Source: a phage. Taken from it: DNA of 64,000 nt. The notes beneath the pieces are model-generated. The model ran no database searches. It saw only the letters and a list, made by a program, of their open reading frames with translations, and was not told where the DNA came from. The number at the start of each line of letters is the position of its first letter. Positions within the stretch are counted from its first letter, which is position 1. Made by a program: the position numbers and the translations under genes. The stretch lies in sequence record PZ402300.1; one strand, written 5' to 3'. Shown here piece by piece: positions 39,078 to 48,835 of the stretch.

Positions 39078-41126
39078 TTACTTAGCAGCTTTGACCAGCT
39101 TGGTAGCTAACTTAGCTTCTTCTTCAGTCAGACCCATTGCAGTGAATGACTTCTTAGCATGACGTTTGTAGTCTTGCAGGGCATGGCCTTTCTGATAGTC
39201 AGAGTACGTCATATCGTTCAGGATGCTACGTAGATTATCAGCATGTTTACCAGACGGAGCTACTTTAGTGGCAGAAGCAGAGCGAGTAGGTTTAACTGTC
39301 TTATCCTGCTTAACAGCTTTAGGTGCAGGAATGCGAGTACTACGGATAGTAGCAATTGCATCCACCACATCGGAACTAACTCCTAAAGCAGCCCATGGCT
39401 TACGAGCCTTGCCTCGCATTTCCACAAGCAAATCAGCAGCAGCTAATTTATCTTCTGGTGTTGTTGCATTAAGGAACTCTTTAACCAGTTCCTGGATTTG
39501 TTCTTTCACAGTAGGAGCCTTCTTAATAACAGGTTTAAGGTCAGTAGCCTTCACTGGTTCAGCAGCTACAGCTTCATTTAGTGACTCTTCCATGTTCAGT
39601 GCTTCTTTACTAGCGACTGTACGGAATTGTTCTACAGAACCAGATGTGAGATTAGTGTATTTGAGGTTAGTACCATAATGACCACCAACCATAATAAGTG
39701 TGGTAGGTGAGCTATGGTTCCCAACGATGGCATCATTAAGCAGTTTCTTACCTACTTCTGTCTTAGACAGGTAGATACCATTGTTAACGTTATTACGTTC
39801 CTCTTCCGGTAGTTCAGCAATAATATGATATGCAGATACACGCATCTTATTGGTGCTGTACTGAGGAACAGCAAATACATCTTCCGGTGCTACTTTACCA
39901 AGGATGGTCACATTACCACCGAAGCCACGTAGATAGCTCATGGATGCTACGTGCAGACCGTTAGAACAATCCTGACGACGGTCAGGGTCTACCAGGTCTT
40001 CACGTACCTGCACTTTACAGCCTACCCATTGACGAATGTTACCCGAGTGACAGTCAACGAATACACGCTTACCGCCATTTACCTCTTTATACTTCAGACG
40101 TTTCAGGAATAGGATAGAACCATCATCAGCAATAGGCAGTTCAGCAGTTTCCATGAATTTCATCAAGTCTTCCACTGAGTGCAGACGGTCTTTAATAACC
40201 GGAGCCAGACGCTCAAGGAACTTAGTAAAGCCCTTGTAGTCTTTCAGCTTGGCTGACTGACGTAAGTGACGATGCAGGTTCTCAACTCCGGGGATAACCC
40301 CATTGTTGGTAACAGCAACAACTACTTCATCTTCCTTCACATCAGTGTGGAAGTTAGCATCATCAGTACTGATAGCACCCAATGCAGCTAGCTTCTCAGA
40401 AGCAGCAGCCAGCTTATCCTGGTTCGTAGTTTTAACTACTTCAATGTAAGGCAGTGGTGTTTGCTCACGACTGGTAAATACAATGTGTACTCCTTTGATG
40501 TGCTTAGCTTGTTTAACAAACTCACCCATTTCATCATCGGATACTGCACGGATTCCAATAGGCCATTCCCGTGCAAGGATGCGATTAGTATGGTCATAGC
40601 CCCAACCCAGTACGTCGTTAATAAAACGAACCAGTGCAAGATGGTTATGGTCCTTATCCCAGCCAGTAACCCACATCAGATTGTCACGCCTGTCGTAGCA
40701 ACCATTTGATATTGTTACTTCTGGTTCATTAGCCTGTACAGCCAGGAAGGTATCCATGGCTTTAGATACTAATGTCTTAGTAGGATTACCTAACTTAATA
40801 TCTGAGACGATACGTGCAGGCGGAACACCTGTACCATCCTGGAAGAACTCTTTAAGTTTAGCTTTAGCTACCTTGAAGAAACGGACGAATCCGTTAGTGT
40901 TCTTCTCTGCTTCCAGATATTCAGTACGCAGGTTTATTTCCGGTGCAATGTTTACTTCTATTTGGTCTTTGGTAGTTCCCAGACCCTTGGTTTGTGCTTC
41001 AGATACGATGCGAGCAACCCGTGGGTCGCTCTGAGGATACACAACCGTGGAGCCATCAGGCTTCCACAGTGTAAGGTTACGACTGTCAACTGCCAGTGCA
41101 ATGATAGAAATCAGTTCGATTTTCAT
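39078..41126 (-). CDS. rIIB-like protein (putative)
   Basis: 682 aa ORF immediately downstream of rIIA-like gene; assignment by synteny and size. Confidence 0.45.
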   Translation of the reverse strand: MKIELISIIALAVDSRNLTLWKPDGSTVVYPQSDPRVARIVSEAQTKGLGTTKDQIEVNIAPEINLRTEYLEAEKNTNGFVRFFKVAKAKLKEFFQDGTGVPPARIVSDIKLGNPTKTLVSKAMDTFLAVQANEPEVTISNGCYDRRDNLMWVTGWDKDHNHLALVRFINDVLGWGYDHTNRILAREWPIGIRAVSDDEMGEFVKQAKHIKGVHIVFTSREQTPLPYIEVVKTTNQDKLAAASEKLAALGAISTDDANFHTDVKEDEVVVAVTNNGVIPGVENLHRHLRQSAKLKDYKGFTKFLERLAPVIKDRLHSVEDLMKFMETAELPIADDGSILFLKRLKYKEVNGGKRVFVDCHSGNIRQWVGCKVQVREDLVDPDRRQDCSNGLHVASMSYLRGFGGNVTILGKVAPEDVFAVPQYSTNKMRVSAYHIIAELPEEERNNVNNGIYLSKTEVGKKLLNDAIVGNHSSPTTLIMVGGHYGTNLKYTNLTSGSVEQFRTVASKEALNMEESLNEAVAAEPVKATDLKPVIKKAPTVKEQIQELVKEFLNATTPEDKLAAADLLVEMRGKARKPWAALGVSSDVVDAIATIRSTRIPAPKAVKQDKTVKPTRSASATKVAPSGKHADNLRSILNDMTYSDYQKGHALQDYKRHAKKSFTAMGLTEEEAKLATKLVKAAK

Positions 41127-41130
41127 CAGA

Positions 41131-43698
41131 TTAGTTACCTTTCAGTTTATTTAGACGATTACGGTAGAGGGACTTAAACCCAGGAATATCCTCTGGATTC
41201 TTCTTGAGGTGTTTGACCAGACTACCTAAGTCCAGCGTCTGTAGGATGTCATTTTTATTCCAGCTATAGCTGAATAATCCTTTGTAATCATTAAGTATTT
41301 GGAAATACTTATGATTGCGTGGATTAACCATCATTGTATATGGCTCTAAGTCATCTACTGATTTAATACAACCCATTTCAACAAGTTTTTCTTTGTTGTC
41401 ATGTGGGCGATTACGTAGAAAGTCGTATGCCCATTCATACTCTGGTTTAAAAATCAGATTCTGTAATGGTTTGAATGTTAGACCCAGTATGTCTAGAATT
41501 TCCCAGTATTCCCTGTCATCTAGTCCTACATATTCCAGAATACCAATACGGTGTTCAGTAACATATTTCTTAAATCCCTTACTGGAAATAACAGACATCA
41601 ATTCGTTAAGACGAACGTCATCAATATGAATAGCACCTCGCCGTTTGGCCTTGTTAGCTTCGATTTGATTTCGGCAGACAACTGTCTCTGCTTTCATCTC
41701 ATCGGATAACTCATACCATTTCCACATGGTTCCAATTCGAGCAGTCATTGGACTACCGGAACCAACCTGATTGGCTAGTACGTAGTACTTAGGCTGTTCT
41801 ACCTCAACGAAACCATATTTCTCATGACGACTTGGGTCAGCAAATTCTTTCTGAATATACGGCTTGGGTTCCCAATCTCCATTTTTATTCCGCACCTGAG
41901 TAGCACCAAGAACTGCATTCAATGAAATCAGAGCATTGGTTTTACCTCCTGCTTTGATTTTATTTACAGCTATTGTCTTAGCACGTTTCTCAGCAGCTAT
42001 CCTAGCTTGCTCTCTGCGGAAGTTAGTTGGTTTGTCCCACTCATTATATTGAGTAAGGTCAATTACCCGATAACCCATAGCAGTGAACTTAGCTACAGCT
42101 TCTTCTGCTGCACCCTTCTTAGGACCAACGACGTGAACAAAAGCTGTACGCTCCAGGTCACCTCGGTTGTATTCCGGGAAGTATGAGAAAGAGTCTGCAC
42201 AATCAGATAAACGTCGGGTAACTACAACGTTCTTGGTAGTGAATATGCCAATACTCTGATGAGAGTTATGGAATATCCTAAAGTAGTCAGCGAGTTTACC
42301 CTTCTCCAAGTCAACACTGTTACCCTGGTTCACTATGTAACCAGACCACTTAATACCAGTAGCTTTTAAAGCAGCAAGCTGGGGTAAGTGCAGATGACGA
42401 TATATTAATTCATGGAATGGCGAGTATGTACTTTCTTCACGAGTATCCTTAAGTGCACGCATAGCTTTACCATAAAGCTTCTTAAGACCTGCATATTCAG
42501 GACGAGCTAATAATGCTTTATTAGATAAGTTACGCCAGTGCTTGATATGATGTTTACGTTGCTTAGCCCACAAGCTAGAGGACATATAGCGTTGAACAGT
42601 TCTGTCTGTAACAGCAAGTAGGAAAGACGGATATTCCCAAAAGCGGGTAGAGGATTCAGAAGCGTATTCTTCAACCTGTTTAATAGCTTCAGGAATCTTA
42701 GCTTTAATCTCTTTCTCCATACGGTCTACTAAATCTACACACAGAGTAGTAATACCATCGTCAGTTAACTTCTGGTTAGACAGTGTTTCTCGGCTGGGAG
42801 CAATAGCTAGAGTATCTGGTGCAGCCTGAACTACTAAATTGTCAGCACCAATAATATTCATGAAGTTGAGGATAAGACCCACAGCCTCTTCACTAGCTGG
42901 GCTGGATACAATTGGGTACATTACGTTACCGTAACGAACGAATATGTTACTGTTACCCATATATCTTTTATACCAGCTATCAGACATATCGTATGAACCA
43001 GGTTCAAATGACATGCCTAATGTATTCAGTAGAGTGTAGTCACCTTGTTGAATACTATTGCCTGCTTCTGTTTTAACAAGTTTAGGGATACTAAGCTCAG
43101 CTTTAATCTCACCGTTAAATACAATTGATGTGATGTAATGCACGAAAGTATTTACATCATGCTTACCTAACTGGAATTTAACTTCCAGACCAGATTCCTC
43201 AGTAGGAATATTAGTAACAATAGGAACAATGCCAGGCTTACCATCATTCTCAATTGCAGCCTTAGCTACATTATATACCGACATTTTCCCTTGGTTCCAT
43301 GAAGTAACCTGGAAGCTATCTGTATAAGCGAATGGGGATTTACATCCCAGACCAAAGCCACCAGTAACACTACTGTTAGACTTCTTAGTAGATGCACCAT
43401 AGACACCATAAATGGAACCAATGAGTTCATCGGGAATGCCATTACCGTAATCACGGAAGGTAATAAAGTTGTCTGTATCAATGGTGATACGAATAGGAGT
43501 ATCAGTCTTGCCTGCTTCAATATGAGCATCCCAACTGTTACAGATAGTTTCACGAACTACTGCCAGCGTAGGATTGTTATACAAGGAAGTACTTAATACG
43601 TGAAAGAATGTCGGATCATCAGAGATGCCAAAGGCAATCGTTTCTTTGCCACCCAGTGTCGCTGAGGTAGCTACTTCATTGGTGTCTGCAACTAACAT
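41131..43698 (-). CDS. rIIA-like protein with N-terminal GHKL-type ATPase domain
   Basis: 855 aa; N-box ETICNSWDAH, G1 box RDYGNGIP, G2 box GGFGLGCKS. Confidence 0.7.
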   Translation of the reverse strand: MLVADTNEVATSATLGGKETIAFGISDDPTFFHVLSTSLYNNPTLAVVRETICNSWDAHIEAGKTDTPIRITIDTDNFITFRDYGNGIPDELIGSIYGVYGASTKKSNSSVTGGFGLGCKSPFAYTDSFQVTSWNQGKMSVYNVAKAAIENDGKPGIVPIVTNIPTEESGLEVKFQLGKHDVNTFVHYITSIVFNGEIKAELSIPKLVKTEAGNSIQQGDYTLLNTLGMSFEPGSYDMSDSWYKRYMGNSNIFVRYGNVMYPIVSSPASEEAVGLILNFMNIIGADNLVVQAAPDTLAIAPSRETLSNQKLTDDGITTLCVDLVDRMEKEIKAKIPEAIKQVEEYASESSTRFWEYPSFLLAVTDRTVQRYMSSSLWAKQRKHHIKHWRNLSNKALLARPEYAGLKKLYGKAMRALKDTREESTYSPFHELIYRHLHLPQLAALKATGIKWSGYIVNQGNSVDLEKGKLADYFRIFHNSHQSIGIFTTKNVVVTRRLSDCADSFSYFPEYNRGDLERTAFVHVVGPKKGAAEEAVAKFTAMGYRVIDLTQYNEWDKPTNFRREQARIAAEKRAKTIAVNKIKAGGKTNALISLNAVLGATQVRNKNGDWEPKPYIQKEFADPSRHEKYGFVEVEQPKYYVLANQVGSGSPMTARIGTMWKWYELSDEMKAETVVCRNQIEANKAKRRGAIHIDDVRLNELMSVISSKGFKKYVTEHRIGILEYVGLDDREYWEILDILGLTFKPLQNLIFKPEYEWAYDFLRNRPHDNKEKLVEMGCIKSVDDLEPYTMMVNPRNHKYFQILNDYKGLFSYSWNKNDILQTLDLGSLVKHLKKNPEDIPGFKSLYRNRLNKLKGN

Positions 43699-43725
43699 TT
43701 ATTTACTCTCCAGATTAAATGTTGC

Positions 43726-43986
43726 TTACATTAGAACTTGTTTACACTTATTAAAAATAGCTTTACGAAGTTCAGCTTCTTCCTGTGGTTCATCATTAGG
43801 GTGGTAACCCAGTGGACTGTTTTGAAAAGCATTCATTAGGAATAAGACCTGATACTCAGTTAAGCCATTAATCTGAATGCTATACGTTTTCTCTGAGGCG
43901 ATATTTACATTAGCCATTTCGTTTACCTGCCATTGCTTGAAGGACAAATACCACAGCGTCTGAAATTTGGTCATCAGTTGGTTCAA
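43726..43986 (-). CDS. Hypothetical small protein
   Basis: Track ORF; likely internal start MANVNIASEK. Confidence 0.35.
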   Translation of the reverse strand: MNQLMTKFQTLWYLSFKQWQVNEMANVNIASEKTYSIQINGLTEYQVLFLMNAFQNSPLGYHPNDEPQEEAELRKAIFNKCKQVLM

Positions 43987-44272
43987 CTAATTGACCGTTC
44001 TCATCATACATTTCTTTCAGAAGAGCATTCAGTTCAGCCATACCAGCCAGTATCATTTCCTTGCTTGGTTCCAACCATAACTTACGTTCTTCTGCTAGTG
44101 CAGCGATGCACATACATAGAGAAACAATGTTTGCAGGGCAAGCAGCAATATCACCTGTAACTGCAATCTCACTAAGCGGGACAGCCTTACCGGTTTTACT
44201 ATGAATTACTTCAGGGTTAATCATGGATTTGCTCCAGGTTATGGGCAGGAATAGGAAAGCATGGATAGTCAC
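43910..44272 (-). CDS. Hypothetical small protein
   Basis: Track ORF, 120 aa. Confidence 0.35.
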   Translation of the reverse strand: MTIHAFLFLPITWSKSMINPEVIHSKTGKAVPLSEIAVTGDIAACPANIVSLCMCIAALAEERKLWLEPSKEMILAGMAELNALLKEMYDENGQLVEPTDDQISDAVVFVLQAMAGKRNG

Positions 44273-44429
44273 CGGTAGGGTCCAGTGTTACTGACACATG
44301 CAGTGTATTGGTCATTTGGGTTAACATCTGAGCAGCATTGAAATCATCCTGTATACAGGCATATACAATGTCACCCTTCTCACCCTCACACATTACGGGT
44401 GTGTCTTTGATACGGTATTTAGCAGGCAT
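44217..44429 (-). CDS. Hypothetical small protein
   Basis: Track ORF, 70 aa. Confidence 0.35.
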   Translation of the reverse strand: MPAKYRIKDTPVMCEGEKGDIVYACIQDDFNAAQMLTQMTNTLHVSVTLDPTGDYPCFPIPAHNLEQIHD

Positions 44430-44454
44430 ATGCCCTCCTGAAAGAGTTAATTGA

Positions 44455-44484
44455 AACCAAAAAAAGACCTCCCGGGGGAGGTCT
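44455..44484 (-). terminator. Rho-independent terminator
   Basis: Minus strand AGACCUCC-CCCG-GGAGGUCU followed by U7. Confidence 0.6.
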
Positions 44485-44489
44485 TAGGT

Positions 44490-44729
44490 TTACTTACGAA
44501 TTTGTTCTACATAGCGTATCATTTGTTTTCTCGCTTCTTCTTGCTCACGAATTGCTTCGTAGTCACGAGCAAAGTAATAGACACACCATAAACCAATTTC
44601 ACTTACAAAGAACAGAATACTTGCTCGAATGAACTGCATATCTGTTTCTACGACAAAGGCAATTTTGTATGCGTAGGTCAGTGTTAGTAAGGCACTAATT
44701 AGCATTGTGTATAGAGCTAGTTTTTTCAT
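44490..44729 (-). CDS. Small membrane protein (2 TM)
   Basis: 79 aa; hydrophobic segments LALYTMLISALLTLTYAY and ILFFVSEIGLWCVYYF. Confidence 0.45.
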   Translation of the reverse strand: MKKLALYTMLISALLTLTYAYKIAFVVETDMQFIRASILFFVSEIGLWCVYYFARDYEAIREQEEARKQMIRYVEQIRK

Positions 44730-45670
44730 TCAGTAATAGTCTCGCCAGGGATTAATTTACGGAATTGGATAAAGTGAAGCAGGTTACCTGAGTACAGATT
44801 CCCTTCTTTATCCATGGATGTAACACCTTGTTCCCATGTAACTGGGTTCATGTTATTCACATATTTCTCACCAAGGTTCATAGGCGTAGCTTGATGTTCC
44901 GTTGGAGAAGCATGAATAGGTTGGTTTTCCACTAACTTAGTAAATAAGCCAAGGTCTTCTTCAATAGTAGAAGGTCGTCCTTCAAAGTTGTTATATGAAG
45001 CACGGGCACAACGTGCAGCACTTACTTTAAGAAGTAGGCCATGCACTTCTGCATCACTTGGTTCATCGCGTGTAATTCGATTACGTTTGCAGAAATTGTA
45101 AGCCCCAACACGGTCAATATGAGCAATATACGGCATATGCCATTGTCCATACGGTAATGCCCTTGGTGTACTTTCTTCATGTGCCTTACGCATTGCTTGA
45201 GCCAGTTCACGAATCTCTGGTTGTGCATCTTTGTGGTCACGCAGTCCATAGAAATTAGCCCAGCTAGTTGAGGTTACCACCACACGGATATGTGTGAATG
45301 GTTCTAGAATACGGTTAACAATCTGCTTATGTACTTGCCCACGACGTAGCTGTTCAGCATACACAGCAGCAGCAGATGCAGCGTTATCCCAGATAAACTT
45401 GGCATCCTCAATCTCCATAGGAGTGAGTTCTTTCTCTGCTTGCATACCTTTCTGGTTCTTGCCCCAGTGACTTGGCATCACTGGTTCATTACGAACCTGT
45501 TCGATAAGCTTAGAGGTGGGAATAGCACGACTGCTTGAAGCGTTACGGTTAAATACACGGTGGGTCATAAACTCACTGTGAATGAATCTGGGATAAACCA
45601 ATTCAAAGGTTGTGATACGGGTTCCTGTTTCTGGATGAACGGAATCTGCAATTACTGATGCCTTAATCAT
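44726..45670 (-). CDS. thyX: Flavin-dependent thymidylate synthase ThyX-like
   Basis: THRVFNRNASSSR matches ThyX (R)HR-x7-S motif; later DAQPEIRELA resembles ThyX AQxExR region. Confidence 0.6.
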   Translation of the reverse strand: MIKASVIADSVHPETGTRITTFELVYPRFIHSEFMTHRVFNRNASSSRAIPTSKLIEQVRNEPVMPSHWGKNQKGMQAEKELTPMEIEDAKFIWDNAASAAAVYAEQLRRGQVHKQIVNRILEPFTHIRVVVTSTSWANFYGLRDHKDAQPEIRELAQAMRKAHEESTPRALPYGQWHMPYIAHIDRVGAYNFCKRNRITRDEPSDAEVHGLLLKVSAARCARASYNNFEGRPSTIEEDLGLFTKLVENQPIHASPTEHQATPMNLGEKYVNNMNPVTWEQGVTSMDKEGNLYSGNLLHFIQFRKLIPGETITE

Positions 45671-46113
45671 TAGAATGACCTTAGATAGTTGGTGATACCA
45701 CTTCTCGTCTCTGTGATTCTCTTAACCTGAACGTATACCAGCTTAAACTCACTACGGGGTAGTTCTTGTAATACTGCTACACCTTCAGTAAGGGCCACAG
45801 AACACGCTATAGCGGTTTCTTCTTTAAAGGAGTACAAGTCTTCATACATGAGGGCTTCATACTCTTTACGGAGCATACAGAGAGCATGTCTTGCTTTATC
45901 ACTTACTTCTCGTGAACCAGCAGACATAGCTAAGCTGTATATGATAAAGACTTGTTCAAAAACAAAGTCCAGTAATCTATCAGGATTGTTAGTCCCCATG
46001 AATAGTTTTGTTGTGTAGGAACGAGCTTTACGGTTGAGTTCATACTCATTCTCTATACCTTTCTTATAAAGAACATGTCTTTGTTCTCTTTTTCTTAGGA
46101 ATGGGATACGCAT
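45670..46113 (-). CDS. Hypothetical protein
   Basis: 147 aa ORF, start-stop overlap coupling. Confidence 0.45.
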   Translation of the reverse strand: MRIPFLRKREQRHVLYKKGIENEYELNRKARSYTTKLFMGTNNPDRLLDFVFEQVFIIYSLAMSAGSREVSDKARHALCMLRKEYEALMYEDLYSFKEETAIACSVALTEGVAVLQELPRSEFKLVYVQVKRITETRSGITNYLRSF

Positions 46114-46523
46114 TAGTATTTACTACCTCTTCTATACCAGGGGTAGTGGTGAGTAGTACTTTTACTCTTGAACAAGTCACGAGTAATGGGATTCTTTCGT
46201 AATTGCTCCAGGTATAGGTACATGTGACCTTCTCCTGGATATGCCCAGAACTTATCTATGATTCGGTCTACCTTAGATTTCAGATGTGGTTCCGGGGGAA
46301 TGTATGGATGAAAAGATCTGCTAGTAGTCCATCCTTTTTGAACAAGAACCTGCATTGCTGCATAAACATCAGGATCAATTCCATTATCTTCTACTAGGTC
46401 ATGGATAGTTTTACCCAAAGTGAGTATTGCAGTTTGTTCTAGTTTACTTAAGTCCAGCCCATACAAGATAGACTTACCATTTCGTCTGTTTGTCATAAGA
46501 GTACCTGTAATTAAAAAGCCCAC
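46113..46523 (-). CDS. Hypothetical protein
   Basis: 136 aa ORF. Confidence 0.45.
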   Translation of the reverse strand: MGFLITGTLMTNRRNGKSILYGLDLSKLEQTAILTLGKTIHDLVEDNGIDPDVYAAMQVLVQKGWTTSRSFHPYIPPEPHLKSKVDRIIDKFWAYPGEGHMYLYLEQLRKNPITRDLFKSKSTTHHYPWYRRGSKY

Positions 46524-46612
46524 GGGTTAGGTGGGCTTGGGTTAGGAGATGGATAAGCAATGAGCTGGAAGTAACTTCCACAAGCACCACTATGTAATGA
46601 TGCTTAGGTTAG

Positions 46613-46891
46613 TTACTCTTCTTTGCTGCCACCATTGGTTTGTACAACAGTTACATTTGTAACCTGGCTCTGGCCTTTGTTGGACAATGCCCAAATCAGT
46701 GCTACTACCCAGAATACTAGTGTCCAGCCTAATACGATATTGAGTACACCAATACCCCACTTAGAGGCATGACCTCGCGAAAAAGCAATGATAGTAGGGA
46801 TAAGGTATACAGCTAATACAAACAACATAACAAGGATTGCTGCTAAAGATTCCATGATGGTTCCTATGTGGGGTTGAGTTAGTTTCTTCAC
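46613..46891 (-). CDS. Small membrane protein (2 TM)
   Basis: 92 aa; two long hydrophobic segments. Confidence 0.45.
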   Translation of the reverse strand: MKKLTQPHIGTIMESLAAILVMLFVLAVYLIPTIIAFSRGHASKWGIGVLNIVLGWTLVFWVVALIWALSNKGQSQVTNVTVVQTNGGSKEE

Positions 46892-46928
46892 AGATAGCCC
46901 AACTATGTTGGGCTATTTAGGCAGCTAC

Positions 46929-47132
46929 TTACTCAGCATCTTTACTTGCAGGAGCAAGGGCTTTCTTCAGGTAACCACGCACAGAGCGATAGCTTTCTTT
47001 CACAGATACAGAACGACCATCAATCAGATGGATTACAGCACCAGCCGGAGTTTCATCTACGTCTACTACGTTAGTTGCAACAATAGTTTTACGCATAGTG
47101 CTGTCGGTAGGGGTTACTTGAAATACTGACAT
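46929..47132 (-). CDS. Hypothetical small protein
   Basis: 67 aa ORF. Confidence 0.4.
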   Translation of the reverse strand: MSVFQVTPTDSTMRKTIVATNVVDVDETPAGAVIHLIDGRSVSVKESYRSVRGYLKKALAPASKDAE

Positions 47133-47141
47133 GTTGTTTCC

Positions 47142-47648
47142 TTATTTACTGCTTCTTGCAGCTACTGGTTTGTTTTCCTGGTTCATGTACTTGCCATTGT
47201 AATTAGCAGGTTCCTGAACCAGATGAAATAATACTTGAGCTATCCCGGAACCAGCCGGGATATGTAATTTCTTACGACCATGATAGACCAGTTCAAGGGT
47301 AAGATACCCTTTCCATCCTGGTTCTATTACGGTATTGAACACTGATAGTGCACGTCTTGCCCATGTAGACTTATCGTGAACGATTGCTACACAGGAAGGA
47401 GACATGTTGAACTTCTCAATTGCTGAAGCCAATGTGAATTTACCGAAATGTCGTGATACTTGATTTCCATCAACGACCTTCACCATTGGAATCAAACCAA
47501 ATAAGCGATAGAAGGTAATATCTTGTTTGATACGAATATCATAACCAGCTTCACCCAATCCATAGCTTACACCGTGCTCTGATACCTTACGGTCTGGGAC
47601 GTCCAGCAACTGAGATGAACGATATAGAGAATTACCATTAACAACCAT
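47142..47648 (-). CDS. dcd: dCTP deaminase / dUTPase-fold protein
   Basis: 168 aa; motifs GYDIR and VIEPGWKGYLTLEL typical of dCTP deaminase family. Confidence 0.6.
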   Translation of the reverse strand: MVVNGNSLYRSSQLLDVPDRKVSEHGVSYGLGEAGYDIRIKQDITFYRLFGLIPMVKVVDGNQVSRHFGKFTLASAIEKFNMSPSCVAIVHDKSTWARRALSVFNTVIEPGWKGYLTLELVYHGRKKLHIPAGSGIAQVLFHLVQEPANYNGKYMNQENKPVAARSSK

Positions 47649-48835
47649 TATTTCATTCCTTTAGGGATATGAACTACCTCCCCAAAAGGTACGGTAGCAT
47701 TGGGATTATTCAGAACACACCAGATGATAGGAATATCAAATGGCAATTCTTCCATAGGGTGAACATACATATCGGAGAATATGATTGCAGCGGTTGGCTT
47801 ATTCTTAACAATCCATTCGCGTACTGGTTCAAGGTTTGTACCACCACGACCAGTAATCTTAATCTCTTCAAAAGTATCTTCTTCAGTGATGTCTATCTCT
47901 TCCTGGATAACATCGTCGAAGGTGATTAGGGTCATCTTCTTAGGATTGAACTGGCTTTTAACGTAGGCAACCTCTGAGTTAAAACGCAGAGAGTCAGCAC
48001 TACTGATGGAACCAGATACATCTTCAAAGTAGGCTAGGTGTCGCAAACGTCCTTCATCATCTTCCAAAGAAGGTAGATAGATATCAGTGTAACGACGGTT
48101 AGGTCTGGCCCACGTATAGTGAGTGTCATCAATGTCGGTAAAGAAGTTCATGAGTACTTCTTGCCATGGAACCACTGGTTTAAGGAATTGGGTAATAACC
48201 TCTTCCATACGACCAGCACCTTTACCAGGCATTGTTCCACCAGCCATTTTCTGGCTCTGCATTGCACGTACTACGTTGTTGACGACAGCACCCTGGGACT
48301 GCCCCGAAGTGGGGGATTTCATGTCGCCAGCAAGACCTGCTCCAGCACCCCCTGACGGCTTCTGCCTTTTCTGAGGGTTTTTCATCAGGTCATCATAGAT
48401 GTCTTCTTCGACCCACCCTTTATATTGAGGGTCTTTGCAAATACCTTCATCAATACCAGTGAACTTGTAACCATCCTCCTCTAACTGAAGGTTAATGAAG
48501 TGATCACATGCCTGGTTCCAGACTTCTGGGTCACGGCTTCCACGACGGATGTCATGTAGATATGCCACATGCCAGAGTTCGTGCATTAATACTGTTTCTC
48601 TTGCATCTGGACACATCCAGATAAAGAAGTCTGGGTTGAAATGTAGTTCTATCCCATCAGTACATGCAGTGGGACAATCCTCACGTTTCCATGAGAATTT
48701 AAGACTACATAGTAATGAACCAAAAAAGGCTGCGCTGCGTCCCAGAAATGCCTGAGCCTGAATACGGTCATACTCACGCATGAGTTGTTCATCACTAAGA
48801 GTGTGCTGAGGAAATTGGTTCATTGTTTTATCCAT
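47648..48835 (-). CDS. vWA-like / putative zinc metallopeptidase domain protein (HExxH)
   Basis: 395 aa; LMHELWHVAYLH HExxH motif; translationally coupled to upstream AAA ATPase. Confidence 0.5.
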   Translation of the reverse strand: MDKTMNQFPQHTLSDEQLMREYDRIQAQAFLGRSAAFFGSLLCSLKFSWKREDCPTACTDGIELHFNPDFFIWMCPDARETVLMHELWHVAYLHDIRRGSRDPEVWNQACDHFINLQLEEDGYKFTGIDEGICKDPQYKGWVEEDIYDDLMKNPQKRQKPSGGAGAGLAGDMKSPTSGQSQGAVVNNVVRAMQSQKMAGGTMPGKGAGRMEEVITQFLKPVVPWQEVLMNFFTDIDDTHYTWARPNRRYTDIYLPSLEDDEGRLRHLAYFEDVSGSISSADSLRFNSEVAYVKSQFNPKKMTLITFDDVIQEEIDITEEDTFEEIKITGRGGTNLEPVREWIVKNKPTAAIIFSDMYVHPMEELPFDIPIIWCVLNNPNATVPFGEVVHIPKGMK

